Assembly: GCF_003086415.1 (NCBI RefSeq) | Contig: NZ_QEFP02000016.1 | Location: 160 to 32,159 of the forward strand | Origin: Candidatus Nanobsidianus stetteri | Lineage (GTDB): Archaea; Nanobdellota; Nanobdellia; Nanobdellales; Nanobdellaceae | Reading direction: 5' to 3' | Length of the DNA: 32,000 nucleotides | Shown: positions 26,145 through 32,000 of the stretch, in pieces | Position numbering within the stretch: position 1 is the first letter of the stretch | Layout: each line of letters opens with the position of its first letter | Notes under the pieces: generated by a model | The model's input: the letters and a program-made list of their open reading frames with translations, nothing else | The model's database searches: none | What the model was told of the DNA's origin: nothing | Made by a program: the position numbers and the translations under genes

Positions 26145-27668
26145 TTATAATATTAAGAATAATTCCTTTGGCATATATAATATATTATCTCTAAATTCTA
26201 ATTCATAATCTCCAATAATAATTCCGTATTCAGCATTATATCTTTTCATACTATTTCTTACTTGTTTCTCTGCATTTTTATCTTTTCCATATTTAACCTC
26301 TATAGGTATTATTTTATTTTCAAAGGTCTTTATTAAAAAATCTGCACTATTTTTATTAGGATCATAAAAAACATTTATGTTTGACATATTATGAGTTATT
26401 TGTATTTTATATAATGTTGAAGCTATGTATTCTTCAAATAAGAATCCTATATCACTTTCTTTAAATGTTCCTAAATAATCTTTTATCATAAATCTTATTG
26501 TTGGTGTTATAAAATAACGTTTCCAAGTTTTTCTGCTTATTTTTTCTTCACTTCCCAATGGTTTAATAGAAAATATTAAAGAAGACATTTCTAAATATTC
26601 TAAAATATTCTGTACATTTTCTTTACTTATGTTCAAACTATTTGAAATATTTTCTATGCTTGTTTTTTCTGAGCCTGCCAAATAATTTATAATTTTTATA
26701 GTATCTTTTATACTAGAAGATTTAATGTTATTTATTGTGGGGATATCTAAATAAGCAATTTTTTTAATTGTCTCCAATAACAAATCTTCAGAATCTTTTT
26801 TATATAATGCTGTAAATGGAAAACCTCCGAATTTTAGGAAATCTTCAATTTCAAAAGAATGTAATTTTATTTTTTTATATATCTCTATAATTTCGTTATT
26901 AGTAAAAAATTCGCTAGTAAATTTAGGAATAAGCGAATCATCTTTCAATAAGTTTAGTATTTTTTCCTTAAGTATTTTAGTTTTATAATATTTATCAATC
27001 TTTTTTGATATTTTTAAATATTCAATAAAGTTTAAAGGAAATAAATACTCTTTTTTGGCTCTTCTAGCTAAATCTGCAGTAGTTTCTTTTTCTAATTCTA
27101 ATGCAGAGGAACCTGTAGCAATTATAAATATACTTGGATACCCATCATAAATAACCTTTAATGTTAAAGCCCAATTTGGATCATGATTTACCTCATCTAA
27201 TAATAAAAATACTGGTTCTTCAGAAATTGCTAAATCTTCAAATAAGATTTTAGATTCATAAACTTCTATACTAGATCTTAAATCGTAATTAAGACTTTTT
27301 AAGTCATCTACAGATATAAACAATACCCTTTCTCTAGGTATATTCTTTTCTTTAATTAGGTATAAATATGTTTGATACAATAATGTTGTTTTGCCAGTCC
27401 CTCTTAATCCAGGTATGATAATTAATCTATCAATCTTAGTATTTTTTTCAAGAAAATTATTTATATGGTTTTTTATTCTGGAAAAGATGTGTCTTTTTGG
27501 AAGTGGTTTATTATTCTCATCTGTAGTATATCTTAAGGCTAACTTTTCTGTATATTGTATTCTTCTTTCTAGGTAGGTTTTTAGTATGTCAATATCCATG
27601 ATATTATAATAACATTTAATATTATAAGTTTTATCATTTGTCGTAATTCTTAGTATTAATACATCCAT
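26145..27668 (-). CDS. AAA+ ATPase of the COG1373 type, paralog 2
   Basis: Walker A is PGLRGTGKTTLL and Walker B is FLLLDEVN, with C-terminal SADFLI...PIEVKYG restriction-endonuclease-like motifs. An alternative start at Met-24 (ATG at 27599; MDIDILKTYLERR) aligns better with paralog 1. Confidence 0.8.
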   Translation of the reverse strand: MDVLILRITTNDKTYNIKCYYNIMDIDILKTYLERRIQYTEKLALRYTTDENNKPLPKRHIFSRIKNHINNFLEKNTKIDRLIIIPGLRGTGKTTLLYQTYLYLIKEKNIPRERVLFISVDDLKSLNYDLRSSIEVYESKILFEDLAISEEPVFLLLDEVNHDPNWALTLKVIYDGYPSIFIIATGSSALELEKETTADLARRAKKEYLFPLNFIEYLKISKKIDKYYKTKILKEKILNLLKDDSLIPKFTSEFFTNNEIIEIYKKIKLHSFEIEDFLKFGGFPFTALYKKDSEDLLLETIKKIAYLDIPTINNIKSSSIKDTIKIINYLAGSEKTSIENISNSLNISKENVQNILEYLEMSSLIFSIKPLGSEEKISRKTWKRYFITPTIRFMIKDYLGTFKESDIGFLFEEYIASTLYKIQITHNMSNINVFYDPNKNSADFLIKTFENKIIPIEVKYGKDKNAEKQVRNSMKRYNAEYGIIIGDYELEFRDNILYMPKELFLIL

Positions 27669-27718
27669 AATAATATATTAGTTTTTAGTATTTATATATT
27701 TTATTTTTTCATAATAGT

Positions 27719-27734
27719 TGGTATATTAATACCA
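27719..27734. promoter_or_regulatory. Palindrome TGGTAT-ATTA-ATACCA upstream of AAA+ ATPase paralog 2
   Basis: tggtatattaatacca is a 6+4+6 dyad. It uses the same half-site (TGGTAT/ATACCA) as the dyads inside the 49-bp repeats at paralog 1. Confidence 0.45.
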
Positions 27735-27803
27735 TGTTTGTATCCTAAAAATTAGGATGAAAAATATAAATTATTATTGTACCAAATTGTGCGATAAAGA
27801 AAT

Positions 27804-30374
27804 TTATATTATCTTATTTAAGTTCTTTAGACTCCTTTTATCTAAATCCTTCAATATTATTTGATACAAATTATCATTTTCATCAATAAAAAGAATCTTA
27901 TCTTCAAAAATAAAAAGATTTTCTGGAGATGTTATTTTTATTTCTAATTCTTTATTATTTATAATAGTATTTAATATTATTGTTTCGCCTTCAACATCTA
28001 TTTTTCTTATTTTTTCTATTTTATATATTATAGAATTATATCTAATTGCATTTTCTAATATTTTTCTAGAATTTTCATCCAAAATTGTATAATCTTCTAA
28101 TAAAAATATTTCATTGAAATTATCATCATAAAATCCTACAAATTTTGGATTTGATATTGGGAATAATAATTTTGGCATAAGATTCTCATATTTTTTACCA
28201 TTATATACAACATTTACTCTACTAGGTCTATTAGTTGGTTCTATTATTACATTTTTATCTTTTATTATATTTAAATTAATTATTTCCGATTCTTTATTAA
28301 CTTTTTCAATTTTTTCTAAATTTTCTATTTGATTTTTAAATAATTCATAGAACTTTCCCTTTTTATTTATTAATTCCTCTAGTTTTCCTTCTTCTACAAT
28401 TTTTCCATCTTCTATAACAATAATTCTATCCATATTTAACATTTCTGATAAATTATGTGAAATATATATTAAAGTTTTATCTTTTGATATATTTAATATA
28501 GCGGAAAAAATATTTTCTCTACTTTTAGCATCAATATTTGATGTTAATTCATCAAATATAAATATATCAGGATTTCTTATTATATTTCTTGCAATTGCTA
28601 TTTTTTGTTTTTGTCCGCCAGATAATTTTGTTCCTTCTTCTCCTGCTGGAGTATCATATGCAAAAGGTAATTTAATTATATCATCATGTATATTTACAAT
28701 TTTGCAAACTTTAATTATTTCTATTTCATTTACATTTGGATTTCCATAAGATATATTATATCTAATAGTATTATCAAAGATTTCTGGATTTTGAGATAAA
28801 TAAGAAATCCTTTCTCTAAGATATTTTGAATCTATATCCTTTATATTTGTATTTCCAATCAGTATTTCTCCATCATTTACGTCATAAAATCTTAATAATA
28901 ATTTTGCAATTGTTGTTTTTCCAGCTCCGTTTTTTCCGACAATTGCAACTTTTTCTTTTGGTTTTATTGTAAAAGAAATATTTTTTAATACAGGGAAACC
29001 TGGTTCATATTCAAAAGTAACATTAACAAATTTTATTTCATCAACAATATTTGGTTTTAAAGCATTCTCTTTATTTAATATTTTTGGTTTTTCTTCTAAT
29101 AATTCTAGTATTCTTTCAGCAGAAATCAAAGTGCTTGGCAAGTCTCTAAAAAACCTTTCATATGTTGTATAGAGTGGGCTATAAATATATGAAGTATAAG
29201 ATATAAAAGCAACCAATATACCTAACTTAATTAGATTATTAATTACAAAAGTTCCACCAAAATACCATATAAATACGGTAGTTAAATCCATTATAAAAGA
29301 TATCAAGTCTGCTCTTATTATGAAAAATTTTACTAATTTGGTATCTATGAAATACCAATCGTTTATTGTGTTTTTTGTTTTTTCATATTCTTCTCTTTCC
29401 TTTGAGAATAACTTAATACTATAAAAATTCCTAAGAATATTAACTAACTTCGTAAAGATATCTACTGACTTTATTGTTGCTTTTTTGCCAACTGTTCTTG
29501 CTTTTCTTTCATAAATTATAAAAAGAGCAAATGCAACTATTGTTGTAATTATAACAGGTATTGCTAAAAAGGGCAATAATAGAAAGAGTATAATAATTGT
29601 TCCAATAATCATTAAAGTATCTATAATTATAGAGGGCAGATCATATGCAATAAAATAATTTATTCTTCCTATATCGGATTGATATCTAGATATTAATCTA
29701 GAAGGAGAATATTTTTCTACAAAAGAAATATCATTGAAAATTATATGTTCTAATAATAATTCTCTTAGTTCTTTTATAATTTTTATCTGTGTAATGTTCA
29801 TTAAAAAATCTCCTATTAGATATAAAAATCTATAGCTAATATAAGACATTAGCATTAAGAAAATTATTGTAAGAAATACTTGCTGCGATGGGGTTTTTGA
29901 TATAAGAACTTTATTTATTAGTAAAGCTGTTAAATAAGGAGGAATTAGACTTATTATAGTACCTATAATAAAGATAATAATAACTAAAGTAAGTTCTTTC
30001 TTATATTTTTTAATAATTTGCATTAAAAATCCATATATTTCTTTTTTAGATCTTTTCCTTTCTTCTTCTTTTTCAATTATTTCTGTTTTTACTTTTAAAT
30101 TAAATTCATCTACAATTTTCCGTATATTATCTGCTTTTTTCTTTGTAAAATATGCAACTTCAAAAACTTTTCCATCTTTATCTATTGCAATTAATTTACA
30201 TATACTAATTCCATATTCTATATTTAGTTTTTCTACATTATCAATTTCTAATATTTTGTTTTTATTATCATCATATACAGAAATTTTATCATCTAAAATT
30301 TCAATAGTTTCTTCAGTAAAATTAAGATTTCTATCAAGATCCGTTTTAAATATTGCTTTAAAATGATCTGTCAT
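27804..30374 (-). CDS. ABC exporter half-transporter (TMD plus NBD) with an extra N-terminal soluble domain and a C-terminal DUF1854-like domain
   Basis: A six-TM ABC exporter-type region is followed by Walker A GKNGAGKTT, signature LSGGQKQKIAIAR and Walker B IFIFDELTS. An N-terminal domain of about 115 aa precedes the TMD. The C-terminal roughly 165 aa (LLFPISNPKFVGFYDDNFNEIFLLEDYTILDENSRKIL...LFIDENDNLYQI..DLDKRSLKNL) match my recollection of DUF1854. Confidence 0.75.
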   Translation of the reverse strand: MTDHFKAIFKTDLDRNLNFTEETIEILDDKISVYDDNKNKILEIDNVEKLNIEYGISICKLIAIDKDGKVFEVAYFTKKKADNIRKIVDEFNLKVKTEIIEKEEERKRSKKEIYGFLMQIIKKYKKELTLVIIIFIIGTIISLIPPYLTALLINKVLISKTPSQQVFLTIIFLMLMSYISYRFLYLIGDFLMNITQIKIIKELRELLLEHIIFNDISFVEKYSPSRLISRYQSDIGRINYFIAYDLPSIIIDTLMIIGTIIILFLLLPFLAIPVIITTIVAFALFIIYERKARTVGKKATIKSVDIFTKLVNILRNFYSIKLFSKEREEYEKTKNTINDWYFIDTKLVKFFIIRADLISFIMDLTTVFIWYFGGTFVINNLIKLGILVAFISYTSYIYSPLYTTYERFFRDLPSTLISAERILELLEEKPKILNKENALKPNIVDEIKFVNVTFEYEPGFPVLKNISFTIKPKEKVAIVGKNGAGKTTIAKLLLRFYDVNDGEILIGNTNIKDIDSKYLRERISYLSQNPEIFDNTIRYNISYGNPNVNEIEIIKVCKIVNIHDDIIKLPFAYDTPAGEEGTKLSGGQKQKIAIARNIIRNPDIFIFDELTSNIDAKSRENIFSAILNISKDKTLIYISHNLSEMLNMDRIIVIEDGKIVEEGKLEELINKKGKFYELFKNQIENLEKIEKVNKESEIINLNIIKDKNVIIEPTNRPSRVNVVYNGKKYENLMPKLLFPISNPKFVGFYDDNFNEIFLLEDYTILDENSRKILENAIRYNSIIYKIEKIRKIDVEGETIILNTIINNKELEIKITSPENLFIFEDKILFIDENDNLYQIILKDLDKRSLKNLNKII

Positions 30375-30485
30375 AAAATATAAATAATTGTAAATTTACT
30401 AAAGTTTTTAATAAAATAGTTTAGACATCTCAAAACAATATATATATTATAAGCTTTTATGAATTGAAAAAATATCTATAAATTT

Positions 30486-30644
30486 ATGTTTAAAGGATGG
30501 AAAACGTTAAGAGAAGAAATTAAAAGAAAAGAAAAAGAGAAAAGATTGAAAGCAATAAGAAGGTTAGGAGAATTATTGGAGAAGACAGGTGCTACTCCTG
30601 AAGAAACTATAAAAATAATAAGGGAAATTAGGGAAGAAAATTAA
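30486..30644 (+). CDS. Possible small basic helical protein (52 aa)
   Basis: Translation is MFKGWKTLREEIKRKEKEKRLKAIRRLGELLEKTGATPEETIKIIREIREEN, below the track cutoff. Only the ORF and its position in an otherwise empty gap support it. Confidence 0.3.
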   Translation: MFKGWKTLREEIKRKEKEKRLKAIRRLGELLEKTGATPEETIKIIREIREEN

Positions 30645-30718
30645 AATGAAAATTTAGTCTTTATTCTGAAAATACAGGTTTATTAAAATATTAGAAGATG
30701 CAATTTAAAAATTAAATC

Positions 30719-30802
30719 CGCCGCGGGTGGGATTTGAACCCACGCCCCCTTTCGGGGATATGGTCTCCAGCCATACCCCTTGGTCCGCTCGGGCACCGCG
30801 GC
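30719..30802 (-). tRNA. tRNA-Ser (anticodon GGA), class II with a long variable arm; no encoded CCA
   Basis: The minus strand reads GCCGCGG-TG-CCC..GGG-G-TATGG-CTGGAGA-CCATA-TCCCCGAAAGGGGGC-GTGGG-TTCAAAT-CCCAC-CCGCGGC-G. All four stems are Watson-Crick, the anticodon loop is CT-GGA-GA, the variable stem is CCCC/GGGG and the T-loop is TTCAAAT. Confidence 0.93.
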
Positions 30803-30804
30803 AT

Positions 30805-30870
30805 AAATGTCCCCCGCCCATCGTTACCAATACTCATCTTTTCATATTGGTTCGTCTAAGCGGGGATACA
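30805..30870 (-). ncRNA. Single-hairpin archaeal H/ACA box guide sRNA (predicted de novo)
   Basis: Minus-strand elements, 5' to 3':
- Lower stem UCCCCGC (30866-30860) pairs with GCGGGGG (30817-30811).
- The internal pocket is UUAGACGA (30859-30852) opposite AACGAUGG (30825-30818).
- Upper stem ACCAAUA (30851-30845) pairs with UAUUGGU (30832-30826).
- The apical loop UGAAAAGAUGAG forms a K-loop with U.G plus tandem sheared G.A/A.G pairs.
- ACA lies at 30810-30808, 15 nt from the base of the upper stem.
The element is a GC-rich island in AT-rich DNA. Confidence 0.75.
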
Positions 30871-30902
30871 TATTTAATATAATTTAATATAAAAATATTT
30901 TT

Positions 30903-31835
30903 ATGTTAACAAGAAATTTATTAGAAAAGGTAAGTCAAAAAATAAATCAAATAAAAAAAGATGAAGAAAATAATAAAGAAGAAAAAATTAATATTGGAAA
31001 ATTAAATTTTGATAATTTTGAAGTAAAAGAAAAGAAAAAATATGGATTTATAGATTCTTCTCATGTAAATGGAATTGTTGGACCTTATAGTTATATATAT
31101 TCTAGGGCAGTGATTGTTTCTGACGATATATATGAAATTATAGAAGATATAGAATTTTTTGAAACATCTTTTATAAGATCAATTAATAATGAAAATTTTG
31201 ATATTCAAGATATTTCAGAACTACTATCAAAAAATTTAGAATATAAATTGGCAAGAAAATATTCTGATAGATATATATTTATAGATGGATCAATAATATC
31301 AGATTCTATATTATATTCAAAATTTTTAGATAATTTTTATAATGAAAATATTGAAAATAGGAGAAAAGAATTTTTAGAAAATTTTGAGTATTTAATAAAT
31401 AATGGAAATTTATTGGCAGTTGCAAAAAGAATATTAAATTTAGATATAATAAAGCCAGGTAGATCTGATTTATTAACATTGATGAAAGTTTTTCCATCAG
31501 AAATATTTTATACAGATATTAATGAAAAACAATTAAAGGAATTTTTAAGTTCAAAAATTCCAAACTGTTCTTTTTGTAACAAAAAAATATATATAATATA
31601 TTTTAGGGCAAGATATAATGATCATATATATAGATTAGAAGGAATGGAAAAAGTTGAAAAAGAAAAGTTTAAAGAAATAATAAAAGAGGTTATTTATGAT
31701 CAAAAATCATATCCAAGAGGATTAAAAATGGCTCATAATTTATGTAAAATAACAAATAAAGAAAAATTATTGTTAGAAAGTTATATTAAAAAAATTTTAG
31801 GATTTGAAAAAACTGTTGGTTGGGAAACTCATTAG
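30903..31835 (+). CDS. nurA: NurA-family 5'-3' nuclease
   Basis: The first Asp motif is YGFIDSSH, the second is YIFIDGSIISD, and the C-terminal SYPRGLKMAHNLCKIT matches the gYP..L..AH..a.i block of NurA. Length is 310 aa. Confidence 0.7.
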   Translation: MLTRNLLEKVSQKINQIKKDEENNKEEKINIGKLNFDNFEVKEKKKYGFIDSSHVNGIVGPYSYIYSRAVIVSDDIYEIIEDIEFFETSFIRSINNENFDIQDISELLSKNLEYKLARKYSDRYIFIDGSIISDSILYSKFLDNFYNENIENRRKEFLENFEYLINNGNLLAVAKRILNLDIIKPGRSDLLTLMKVFPSEIFYTDINEKQLKEFLSSKIPNCSFCNKKIYIIYFRARYNDHIYRLEGMEKVEKEKFKEIIKEVIYDQKSYPRGLKMAHNLCKITNKEKLLLESYIKKILGFEKTVGWETH

Positions 31836-31908
31836 GGTCCGGGGCGGGATTCGAACCCGCGATCTTCAGGTCCACAGCCTGACGCCTTACCACTAGGCTA
31901 CCCGGACC
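31836..31908 (-). tRNA. tRNA-His (anticodon GUG) with genomically encoded G-1; no encoded CCA
   Basis: The minus strand reads G(-1)-GTCCGGG-TA-GCCT-AGTGGTA-AGGC-G-TCAGG-CTGTGGA-CCTGA-AGATC-GCGGG-TTCGAAT-CCCGC-CCCGGAC-C. All stems are perfect. The extra 5' G lies opposite the discriminator C. The 3' end abuts the nurA stop codon (31833-31835). Confidence 0.93.
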
Positions 31909-32000
31909 ATAAAAGACCATTATCATTTATATTTTTAACTAATATAAATTGAAGGCATTACATCATTAGGTGGTAATGATCTTAATAAAACCCAATATAA

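Noticed and set aside
30811-30866. The GC-rich patch next to tRNA-Ser considered as a split-tRNA half with a complementary leader, or as a C/D box sRNA
   Set aside because: It folds on itself into a complete two-stem hairpin with ACA rather than presenting a free complementary tail or half-tRNA arms. Neither strand contains a terminal UGAUGA/CUGA box pair; only the K-loop in the apical loop is present. H/ACA is the better fit.
31935-32000. Possible 3' end of a minus-strand gene entering from the right edge (…LYWVLLRSLPPNDVMPSIYIS*)
   Set aside because: Only 21 codons are visible, with no motif. The stretch overlaps the predicted tRNA-His promoter, so it cannot be supported from this window alone.

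Overview
The window looks like a very AT-rich, tightly packed archaeal chromosome segment. My hand counts on sample 60-nt lines give about 18-28% GC in typical genes. Archaeal information-processing genes dominate: TBP, proteasome beta, aCPSF1 RNase, ABCE1, a PIN-PilT-KH ATPase, Rpo11, the PolD small subunit, Orc1/Cdc6, NurA, and uS14/uS8/uL18. Gene order is scrambled: the ribosomal protein cluster is broken across strands and the RqcH/NFACT gene is N-half only. The structural RNAs are GC-rich islands in an AT-rich background. Together this suggests a reduced thermophilic DPANN or Nanoarchaeota-like genome, but that is inference, not a database result. Two tRNAs are present, Ser-GGA and His-GUG with an encoded G-1. 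The strongest new call is an unannotated single-hairpin H/ACA guide RNA with lower stem, pocket, upper stem, K-loop and ACA. It sits 5 nt upstream of tRNA-Ser and apparently shares one promoter with it. Other points of interest follow.
- A GC-anomalous islet carries a lone type I 3-dehydroquinate dehydratase at about 40-50% GC.
- A COG1373-type AAA+ ATPase is bracketed by perfect 49-bp direct repeats that carry its TATA box and TGGTATA/TATACCA palindromes.
- A 33-bp perfect inverted repeat lies in a 531-bp intergenic gap.
- A vapBC pair has a vapC interrupted by a single in-frame TAA.
- A candidate replication origin lies next to orc1/cdc6 and the PolD small subunit gene.
- Several domain architectures are unusual: uS14 with a roughly 65-aa N-terminal extension, an APC permease fused to a methyltransferase, and an ABC exporter with PH-like and DUF1854-like ends.
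No CRISPR array, rRNA gene, transposase or integrase was seen.
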